A DNA stretch of 64,000 bases, taken from an uncultured bacterium (lineage in GTDB: Bacteria > SAR324 > NAC60-12). A model generated the notes under the pieces. The model was not told the origin of the DNA. It worked only from the letters and a program-made list of their open reading frames with translations, and ran no database searches. The translations under genes and the position numbers were made by a program. Shown here one piece after another: positions 10,102 to 17,450 of the stretch. The stretch lies in NCBI GenBank assembly GCA_965662235.1, contig CBFIGY010000006.1, positions 1 to 64,000 on the forward strand, given 5' to 3'. Numbering within the stretch: position 1 is the first letter of the stretch; each line of letters starts with the position of its first letter.

Positions 10102-10983
10102 TTACCCTTTCACGGCGCCAGCGGTCAGTCCGCTGACAATCTGACGCTGAAAGAGCATTACCAGAATAAAGATCGGCACTGTTGCCGAGACCACCGCCGA
10201 GACCGCAAACATGACGTTTCCCTCCACCTGGGTCGTTCCCAGGAAGCTTGCAATCTTGGGAATCATCGTCTGATTTTCCTGACTGAGCAGCATGGACGTG
10301 ACCGCAAAGTCGTTGTAGGCCAGCAAGAAGCTGAACAACCCCGTGGTGATGACTCCCGGCCACATCACCGGAATGATGATGTGCCAGAAGGCCTGCAGCC
10401 GGTTGCAGCCATCCATGAGCGCACTTTCGTCCAACTCCTTGGGAATGCTCAGAAAGAAGGAGTGCAGCATCCACAGCGTAAACGGTTGGTTGATGGCCAC
10501 CAGCACCACAATGGAGGTGGACAGGTGTCCCCAGAGGTTCAGCTTGAAGAAGGGAAGCATGTACCCTGACACCAGCGTGATGTGCGGCATCGCTCGGAAC
10601 ACGAGGGCGATGATCAGGATCCAGAAGGTATAACGAGACGACGAACGCGCCAAGGCATAACCGCCCAGCGTCCCCATGGTCAACGAAAGCACCACCACTG
10701 AACCCGTCACCACCGCCGTGTTGAGCACGGCCCGCCAGAATTCCTGCTCGACCCAAGCCCCGTGGTAGCCGTTGAGGGTGAAGCGTCCCCCGGTTTCTGC
10801 CAACGTCAGGACTCCGTAAAGGGCGTTCCGCCAGTCGGCCTTGGAGAAGAAGTCTCCCTGCACCTTGAAGGACCCCCAGAGCGTCCAGAGGAACGGGAAC
10901 GCTGCCAGGATCAACCAGAGCGCGACTCCTGTAAACGCCAGCGTCCGGGCCGTGGGGCTGAGACGTGTTGCCTGAGTGTCCAC
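10102..10983 (-). CDS. Carbohydrate ABC transporter permease (MalG-like)
   Basis: Six hydrophobic segments, EAA loop ELDESALMDGC and C-terminal SGLTAGAVKG. GTG start with GGAGG upstream. Confidence 0.92.
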   Translation of the reverse strand: MDTQATRLSPTARTLAFTGVALWLILAAFPFLWTLWGSFKVQGDFFSKADWRNALYGVLTLAETGGRFTLNGYHGAWVEQEFWRAVLNTAVVTGSVVVLSLTMGTLGGYALARSSSRYTFWILIIALVFRAMPHITLVSGYMLPFFKLNLWGHLSTSIVVLVAINQPFTLWMLHSFFLSIPKELDESALMDGCNRLQAFWHIIIPVMWPGVITTGLFSFLLAYNDFAVTSMLLSQENQTMIPKIASFLGTTQVEGNVMFAVSAVVSATVPIFILVMLFQRQIVSGLTAGAVKG

Positions 10984-10992
10984 GGAGCCTCC

Positions 10993-12015
10993 TTACTTCT
11001 CGTGAAACTGCTTCCAGGTCCGGATCAGGACTGGCATCAGCAGAATGATAACGCCCAGGATCGTCAGCACTGAAGATGCTGCGGCTGAGCCAAAAAGCTG
11101 CACCTCCTGTCGGAGGTCGTTGAAGATCATCCAGCTCAACGAAGTGGCGCTCGCTTGAGCAGAGAACCCGACCACCGGTTCAAAGACCCGGAAGTTGTCC
11201 ATCAGCTGCATCAGGGCCACAAAGATCACCAGCGGCATGAGGTAGGGCAGAACAACGTAGCGGGTGCGTTCCCAGCGGGTGGCGCCGTCGATCATTGCGG
11301 ACTCCAGCGTGTCCTGCGGCACTGTTTGCAGACCGGCATAGAAGACGACAAACGCGAACGGTGCCGAGTGCCAAACACCATAGACAATCAGCATGCCCCA
11401 CGTCAGCGTCGGAGAAGCCTTGAGCGACAGATTCGGATCTTCCCAAAGCGCCTGAATGGCTGAGCCCAGAATGCCACGGGCGTCAATCATCCAAAAGAGG
11501 ATCAGCGACCCGATCAGCGGCGTGATGATCATCGGCAGCAGCGAGAAGAAGATCACGGGCCCCTTCAGCAACTGAGGCAAGGCGTTGACGCCCAGCGCAA
11601 TGGCAAATCCCAGCAGGATCACCAGCGGAGTCACCGTCAGGAGGTAGGTGAGGGTAAAGGCGAGGGCTTTGTAGAAGGGAAGGTTGTAGAGCGCCGCCAG
11701 GAACTCCTGGAAAGAGGCGCTCTCGGCCCAAGCCTGACCCACTTCCTCAGTCGCCAGGTGCCGGCGATTGAGGTACGTTCCCCACCCGTTGAAGCGTCCC
11801 AGCGGTTCAGTTGCTTCCAAGGCAGCAGTCGCTTCTGCATCAACCTGCAGCTCCGTCTTGCAGCTGAAGGGGGTGCAGTTCTCCACCTCCTTGAAGACGC
11901 GCTCGTGCTCGACGTAAAACGACTGCACCAGCACCGAAACAATGGGAAGCGCGATGAACAGCATCATCGCCAGCGCGGAGGGAAAGATGAACCAGAAAAA
12001 GGTCTTGTGCGGCAT
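10993..12015 (-). CDS. Carbohydrate ABC transporter permease (MalF-like)
   Basis: AGLQTVPQDTLESAMIDGATRW EAA loop and multiple TM segments. Confidence 0.92.
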   Translation of the reverse strand: MPHKTFFWFIFPSALAMMLFIALPIVSVLVQSFYVEHERVFKEVENCTPFSCKTELQVDAEATAALEATEPLGRFNGWGTYLNRRHLATEEVGQAWAESASFQEFLAALYNLPFYKALAFTLTYLLTVTPLVILLGFAIALGVNALPQLLKGPVIFFSLLPMIITPLIGSLILFWMIDARGILGSAIQALWEDPNLSLKASPTLTWGMLIVYGVWHSAPFAFVVFYAGLQTVPQDTLESAMIDGATRWERTRYVVLPYLMPLVIFVALMQLMDNFRVFEPVVGFSAQASATSLSWMIFNDLRQEVQLFGSAAASSVLTILGVIILLMPVLIRTWKQFHEK

Positions 12016-12030
12016 GAGGCAACCCCGAAG

Positions 12031-12057
12031 GACTCCGGAAGCTTAGCCTCCGGAGTC
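12031..12057 (-). other. Intercistronic hairpin after the substrate-binding-protein gene (mRNA stabiliser or attenuator)
   Basis: GACTCCGGA...TCCGGAGTC perfect 9-bp inverted repeat, extendable on the minus strand. Confidence 0.6.
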
Positions 12058-12095
12058 GAGGCCCTAGTGGCAGAGCCTCGCTTCAGTGGAAGGGG

Positions 12096-13337
12096 TTACT
12101 TCAGGAAGCCAGCTTCACGCGCGGCCACGGTGTAGGCGGCCTCAACGTCAGCCAGGGCCTTCTCAGCGCTCTCGGAGCCCTGGAAGTACTCCACCAGCTC
12201 GTTGCCCAGCGCGGTGTGCATGAGTCCCATGTAGGGCACCATCGGGTAGGGCTGAGCGCCGCCGCTGGCGGAGTCCAGGATGCCTTGTGAGGTGGCGCCC
12301 GGCTGGTAGCCTTCAATCAGCCAGGTGGCTTTGTCGGCATTGGCGTTGGCCATCTTGGCGGAGACGCCGTTCATCATGGCCACAAAGGAAGCTTCTGCAT
12401 CGGCATCAGAAATGTTCTTGGCGATGGTGAAGCCGTCCCACCACAGCGTTGTTGCTGGAATGGAACCTCCGCCCACTGTCGGCGCAGCGGCAAAGCGGGT
12501 GGCGGCAACCACGTCCGGAGTCGAGCCTTCGTTGTCCAGCACTGCGCCAATCCGGGAAGCCCAGAGGTTGGTCAGGGCCACGTTTCCAGCTTCCCACTCT
12601 GCCTGCACCGAGTTGGAGTCATAGGTCAGGAAGTCCGGATTCATGTAGGCGGTCAGGGCCTTCATCATCTCCAGGGTCGCAACGCCTTTGGCATTGTTGA
12701 CCGCTGGGGCAGCAGAGCCCTTGGCAAAGAACTCTCCCCCGTGACCGAGGTACATGTTCACAAACTCCTCGCCAAGGTTCCAGCCGGCCTTGAAGGTTCC
12801 GGCAACCGGATACTGCATCAGGCCTTTGTCCCGGATGGCCTTGGCCGCAGCCACCACGTCTTCGTAGCTCTGAGGCACGCCAACGCCGGCAGCCTTGAGA
12901 AGGTCTTCCCGGTAGAACAGGTGCTGCGCATTGGCCATGAAGGCCACCGCCATCACCTGGCCGTCAATCGTAATGAGCTGACTCTTCTTCAGGCTCTGAC
13001 CATGAGCAGCCACCAGCGAATCCAGCGGGCGCACCAGATCATCGTTCAGCAGCGGGACGAGTGTGCCGTTGGCCACCAGCACACTGGTGTACTTGGCCGG
13101 GTTGGTGGTGAGCGCCGGAACCTGCAGGTCCTTGTGCTCAGCGGTGTGATTCTTGGTGAAGGTCACCCCGTTTCCGGCACAGGCCTCTGCCTCAGAGACC
13201 ACCGCATGCAGCGCCGGGAAGTCATTTGCTAGGACCTGTACCGACCCGCCGGATAGGCCGCATCCGGCCGAAGCCACTGACGCGGACGCCAGCAAACCGG
13301 TGACCGCAATGGCTCCCTTCATCATCATCTTCATCAT
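12096..13337 (-). CDS. Carbohydrate-type ABC transporter substrate-binding protein
   Basis: Signal peptide MMKMMMKGAIAVTGLLASASVASA after an AGGAGA RBS; HLFYREDLLKAAG and WWDGFTI motifs. Confidence 0.9.
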   Translation of the reverse strand: MMKMMMKGAIAVTGLLASASVASAGCGLSGGSVQVLANDFPALHAVVSEAEACAGNGVTFTKNHTAEHKDLQVPALTTNPAKYTSVLVANGTLVPLLNDDLVRPLDSLVAAHGQSLKKSQLITIDGQVMAVAFMANAQHLFYREDLLKAAGVGVPQSYEDVVAAAKAIRDKGLMQYPVAGTFKAGWNLGEEFVNMYLGHGGEFFAKGSAAPAVNNAKGVATLEMMKALTAYMNPDFLTYDSNSVQAEWEAGNVALTNLWASRIGAVLDNEGSTPDVVAATRFAAAPTVGGGSIPATTLWWDGFTIAKNISDADAEASFVAMMNGVSAKMANANADKATWLIEGYQPGATSQGILDSASGGAQPYPMVPYMGLMHTALGNELVEYFQGSESAEKALADVEAAYTVAAREAGFLK

Positions 13338-13418
13338 CGCTTTTTCTCCTGGTGAGGACGCCCTTACGACGTCTGATGGATCATTGGCATGCGGAGCCAC
13401 CCCCCGCCCCTCTGCTCT

Positions 13419-13432
13419 TGCATACGTTTGCG
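13419..13432. promoter_or_regulatory. LacI-family operator site 1 (TGCATACGTTTGCG)
   Basis: Imperfect palindrome around a central CG (TG-x-A-x-A-CG-T-x-T-x-CA type) in the divergent intergenic region of the island. Confidence 0.7.
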
Positions 13433-13475
13433 AAGCCCTCCCTTCTTTCTCGAAAAATCCGGTTTTGCCTTGCAT

Positions 13476-13489
13476 TGCAAACGTATTCA
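13476..13489. promoter_or_regulatory. LacI-family operator site 2 (TGCAAACGTATTCA)
   Basis: Reverse complement TGAATACGTTTGCA matches site 1 at 12 of 14 positions. Confidence 0.7.
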
Positions 13490-13615
13490 AAACACAACTT
13501 TACGGAGCCACTGACTCATGGCAAGATTTTTTTGCGATTCATGCATTTTGCGGTCATCTTTCGCCACACCCTCTGGGCCTTCGCGGGCCCCTTGACTTCA
13601 CTTTCAGGAGCCCAC

Positions 13616-14158
13616 ATGAAGGGATCACGTCCCCGGCAAGCCCCTCTGACGCAGCACAACGACCTGAGCCAAACGGAACAGACCCGCTCTGTGGTGGAGG
13701 CCATGGTGGATGGCCTCAACGACCATGACATTGACGGCATGGGCCGCTTCTTTCACGAATCCTTTCGCTGGATGGGAAACGCCGGATGCGGCACCAAACA
13801 CGGGCTCCAGGCGTTTCAGGATCACTGGCAGCGTCCCTTTCAGGCCGCGTTTTCCGACAAGGTCTGCCTAGATGAAGCCCGCCTTGCAGAAGGCGAATGG
13901 ATGGCGGCGTTCGGGCGACAGGAAGCCACCCACAGCGGCGAATTCATGGGCATTGCGCCCACCGGGAAGCGTGTGGAGATCCGCTACATGGACTTCTGGA
14001 AGGTGCAGGACGGCAAAATTGTCGACAATTGGGTGATGGTCGACTTCCCCCACGTGATGCAGCAACTCGGCGTTGATCCCTTTCAGGGGCATGGCTGGGA
14101 AGCCTTTGACCGCGGCGAGCGACGTCCTCCACGTCCGCAGCCAGAGGAGGGCGCATGA
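13616..14158 (+). CDS. SnoaL-like/ester cyclase single-domain protein
   Basis: AGGAG RBS; WMGNAGCG and THSGEFMGIAPTGKRVEIRYMDFWKVQDGKIVDNWV. Confidence 0.88.
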   Translation: MKGSRPRQAPLTQHNDLSQTEQTRSVVEAMVDGLNDHDIDGMGRFFHESFRWMGNAGCGTKHGLQAFQDHWQRPFQAAFSDKVCLDEARLAEGEWMAAFGRQEATHSGEFMGIAPTGKRVEIRYMDFWKVQDGKIVDNWVMVDFPHVMQQLGVDPFQGHGWEAFDRGERRPPRPQPEEGA

Positions 14159-15186
14159 GTGCAAGCCCCGTCCAGCTGAAGGCGCGTCTCCAGCCCCTCC
14201 GGAAGGCGCTGTACGACTTTGAGGCGCAGGCGGTGCAGCAGGCCCTCCGAACGTTGCTTCATCCAGAAGCCCAGGTTCGGTTGGGGCACCCGTATCCGCC
14301 GATGCAGGGGCCAGACGCGTTTTGGACGCACGCCTTTGCCCCACTGGCTCAGGCCTGGCCCGACCTCGAACGGCGGGACACAATTGTCCTTGCCGGAACC
14401 ACCGAGGAAGGGGCCGATTGGGTGGGCTGTTGCGGCTTCTACACCGGGACCTTTCAGGCTCCGTGGTGGGACCTTCCTCCCACGGGACATCAGGTGGCCA
14501 TGCGCTTTCACGAGTTCTACCGGCTGGTGGACGGGCAGGTTCAGGAGGTGCAGGCGCTTTGGGACCTTCCGGAAGTGATGCTGCAGGCGCAGGCCTGGCC
14601 CCTTGCGCCTAGCTTGGGACGCGAGTGGCAGGTTCCGGGACCGGCGACTCAGGACGGTCTCCAGATCACCTCCTCGCCTGAGGTAAGCGCGGCCTCCCGG
14701 CAGGTGGTCCTCGACATGCTCACCGCAATGGTCCGTCACCCTGCAGAGGGCGGTCCGGAGGTAATGGAGTTGGAGCGGTTCTGGCACCCTCGGATGAGCT
14801 GGTACGGCCCTGCTGGCATTGGCACCGGACGGGGCGTGTCCGGGTTCCGTCAATGGCACCAGATTCCCTTCCTCAAGGCGATGCCGGACCGGGGGCAAAA
14901 TCCGGAAGGGCTCGAGTCTCACTTCTTTGCTGAAGGGGCGTATGTCGCCGTGACCGGATGGCCCAACATGCGCCAAACCCTGACCGGTGATGGCTGGCTG
15001 GGGCTGGCACCGGCCGGACAACCCCTCACCCTCCGGAGCCTCGATTTCTGGCGGCTGGAAGCAGGAAGGATTCGGGAAAACTGGGTGCTGGTGGACCTGA
15101 TGGACGTGTACCACCAACTGGGCGTGGACGTGCTGGCTCGCATGCGTGAACTCACGGCTCACCGCTCGCGTTCTTCCTTCTTCTGA
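14155..15186 (+). CDS. SnoaL-like/ester cyclase two-domain protein
   Basis: ATGA overlap with the previous gene; AWPD...LPPTG, WYGPAGIG and DFWRLEAGRIRENWVLVD. Confidence 0.88.
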   Translation: MSASPVQLKARLQPLRKALYDFEAQAVQQALRTLLHPEAQVRLGHPYPPMQGPDAFWTHAFAPLAQAWPDLERRDTIVLAGTTEEGADWVGCCGFYTGTFQAPWWDLPPTGHQVAMRFHEFYRLVDGQVQEVQALWDLPEVMLQAQAWPLAPSLGREWQVPGPATQDGLQITSSPEVSAASRQVVLDMLTAMVRHPAEGGPEVMELERFWHPRMSWYGPAGIGTGRGVSGFRQWHQIPFLKAMPDRGQNPEGLESHFFAEGAYVAVTGWPNMRQTLTGDGWLGLAPAGQPLTLRSLDFWRLEAGRIRENWVLVDLMDVYHQLGVDVLARMRELTAHRSRSSFF

Positions 15187-15204
15187 CGAACTCTCTTGGC
15201 TCCT

Positions 15205-16224
15205 ATGACCTCTTATCAACCCCTCAAGTCACTTGTTCTCGACTACTACCAGGCGCTGCACACGGCCACTGCGGAGACCGTTGAGGCCGTCCTAGCCCGG
15301 TACCACCACGAATCGGTCCAGTGGTACGGCGTTTATCCGTTTCAGGAGCAGCAGGGCTGCACGGCCCTTGCCGAGGTCTTCTGGAAGCCCTTCCTGCACG
15401 CCTGGACGCAGGTGCAGCGTCGCCCAGATGTTTTCATGGCCGGCACCAGCGAAATTGATGGCACCGACTGGGTCATCAGCATGGGACACTTCATGGGCCT
15501 GCTCGATCGCCCCTGGTTGGGGTTGCCGGCCACTCGGAAGCTGGCGTGCCTGCGCTACGCGGAGTTCCACCAAGTTCAAGACGGTCGGATCACGCGGGGA
15601 GCGTTCTTCTGTGACCTCATCGGCCTCATGCACCAGTTGGGGCTGTCGCCGCTTCCGCCCCAGACCGGCGCGTCTTTTGTCTACCCTGGCCCCCGGACCC
15701 ATGATGGGCTGCTGCTGGAACCTCAGGATCCGGACGCCTCAGTGCAAACGCTGGCACTCGTCAACCGGATGATTGCCGACCTCAGCGCCCTCAACCAAAG
15801 CGGAAACGACTTTCCGCCTCCCGAGTACCTGGCTCAGACGTGGCACTCGGACATGGTGTGGTATGGGCCGGCCGGAATTGGCGCCACCTACACCATTGAG
15901 CGGTACCAGGAACAGCACCAGTATCCCTTCCGGAGCGGGCTCAAGGGAAAGACGTTCAATGGGCACCTGTGCCGGCTGGCGGAAGGAAACTACGCGGGCT
16001 TCTTTGGGTGGCCTAACCTGACGAACCAGCCCTGTGGAGGTTTTCTAGGATTGCCGGCCAGCACCACCGCAGCTGACATGCGGGTGGTGGATATTTACCG
16101 TCGAGAGGGGGACAAACTTGCGGAAAACTGGGTCTTCATCGACCTTCCTTGGTGGCTCAAGCAGCAAGGAGTCGATGTGCTGGAACGGACCACACGCTTG
16201 CTGTTCCCAAGCGGGAGCTTCTGA
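15205..16224 (+). CDS. SnoaL-like/ester cyclase two-domain protein
   Basis: WLGLPAT, WYGPAGIG, GWPN and DIYRREGDKLAENWVFID; paralogue of the preceding gene. Confidence 0.88.
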   Translation: MTSYQPLKSLVLDYYQALHTATAETVEAVLARYHHESVQWYGVYPFQEQQGCTALAEVFWKPFLHAWTQVQRRPDVFMAGTSEIDGTDWVISMGHFMGLLDRPWLGLPATRKLACLRYAEFHQVQDGRITRGAFFCDLIGLMHQLGLSPLPPQTGASFVYPGPRTHDGLLLEPQDPDASVQTLALVNRMIADLSALNQSGNDFPPPEYLAQTWHSDMVWYGPAGIGATYTIERYQEQHQYPFRSGLKGKTFNGHLCRLAEGNYAGFFGWPNLTNQPCGGFLGLPASTTAADMRVVDIYRREGDKLAENWVFIDLPWWLKQQGVDVLERTTRLLFPSGSF

Positions 16225-16230
16225 GGCCCT

Positions 16231-16851
16231 TCAGCCCAGGCGTCCCAACCGAAGGAGCTTGCGTCGGTACGATTCCACCGCCTCGGGTCCCACGTCCATG
16301 CCGAAGTTTTGAGCTTCTTGGCAAATGGACGTCGCAGAGGCCTTGGGGTTTTCGCGGAGGAGTTCCAGTAAAAAGGCGAGGGTTGCGGAAGGAAGGTCTC
16401 GATGGGGTGGCTCCGACAGCTCGGCCACCGCTTCCTGTGTCAGAGAGTACGCTTGTGCAACGGTATCCGGAGGCTCCCCTGTTTCCAAGAGTTCGCGGAC
16501 CTCAAGAACCTCAGACGCTTTGAGCTGAGAAACATCACGGCGCGGGACCACCCCCTCTTGCTGGCACCACCGCTTCAAGGTCGATGGCCGGACCCCAAAG
16601 GCTTCGGCGAGCCCTGCGAGAGACTGTCCCTCAGCCACCTGCTTCACCACCATCGCCCGTTCCGCTTCATTGAGTCGTGCCGACCCCTTCCGGGGCTTGG
16701 GCGCCTCAAGGGGCTCTGCCGGGTAGGGGGCGCTCAGTGCCAACACCTGCTGCACCTCCCGGAGGGGCACCCGAAACCGCTTGGCGATCTGTTCCGGGGG
16801 TTCCCCTGAGTCTAGGGCAATGGCAATCTCAATCCGCCGCAGTTCCTCCAT
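16231..16851 (-). CDS. Multi-helix-turn-helix DNA-binding protein
   Basis: Repeated HTH-like units GEPPEQIAKRFRVP, GQSLAGLAEAFGVRPSTLKRW and GEPPDTVAQAYSLT. Confidence 0.7.
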   Translation of the reverse strand: MEELRRIEIAIALDSGEPPEQIAKRFRVPLREVQQVLALSAPYPAEPLEAPKPRKGSARLNEAERAMVVKQVAEGQSLAGLAEAFGVRPSTLKRWCQQEGVVPRRDVSQLKASEVLEVRELLETGEPPDTVAQAYSLTQEAVAELSEPPHRDLPSATLAFLLELLRENPKASATSICQEAQNFGMDVGPEAVESYRRKLLRLGRLG

Positions 16852-16874
16852 GCATGGCTCCGGAAGGGGGCGAC

Positions 16875-17447
16875 TCAGGAGGGCGACGTCGCGTTGGTGC
16901 GCCAGGGCTCATACCACCCAAAAGTGGGCGTGGGTACCGCTTCCGGAAACGGTCCACTTTCGTGGCGGAGCAGCGCTTCCACAGCGTTTGCGGCAGCCTG
17001 CAGGTTCTCGCGTCCCCCTTCCCGGAAGTAGTCAAACATCTGCCGCACTACCGGCTCTGCATAATCTGAGTACTCCATCAGCTCCGGATCCCACTGGTCG
17101 GTTCCCGGAAGCACCAGCGCCCGCACTTTGGCTCCGTGTGACTTGATGTGCTGCAGCTCCTCCAGCAGGTGCGGAAAGTAGCCCTTGCCGCCATGCAGGC
17201 GAAAGAGCGCCACCTGTGCCTGCATGAGGACGTGGTCTGCGTAGTGTTCGGCAGCCTCCGGATGCTGCAGCGGTGCCGCATTCATCAGCCGCAAACGGCC
17301 TCCCAGCTGCGGGCCCCACATCCGGGCCAGAGCGGCCAATTCGGTGTCGGCTGAGCTGACGACCACGACTTCTGCAGGAGTCTGACGAACGGCCTCCAGC
17401 CGACGTTCTGCGTCTAGGTTTCCGGGTTCAGTAGCAATGCGATGCAT
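16875..17447 (-). CDS. Stand-alone cobaltochelatase CobN N-terminal domain (190 aa)
   Basis: MHRIATEPG, QTPAEVVVVSSADTEL, RLHGGKGY, LPGTDQWDPEL and YFREGGRENL match the N-terminus of CobN, which is normally >1200 aa. Confidence 0.75.
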   Translation of the reverse strand: MHRIATEPGNLDAERRLEAVRQTPAEVVVVSSADTELAALARMWGPQLGGRLRLMNAAPLQHPEAAEHYADHVLMQAQVALFRLHGGKGYFPHLLEELQHIKSHGAKVRALVLPGTDQWDPELMEYSDYAEPVVRQMFDYFREGGRENLQAAANAVEALLRHESGPFPEAVPTPTFGWYEPWRTNATSPS

Positions 17448-17450
17448 GAG

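Noticed and set aside
9298..10569. 423-aa plus-strand ORF (likewise 14083..15219 minus and 62150..63169 minus)
   Set aside because: They overlap well-supported genes on the opposite strand and have no recognisable domains.
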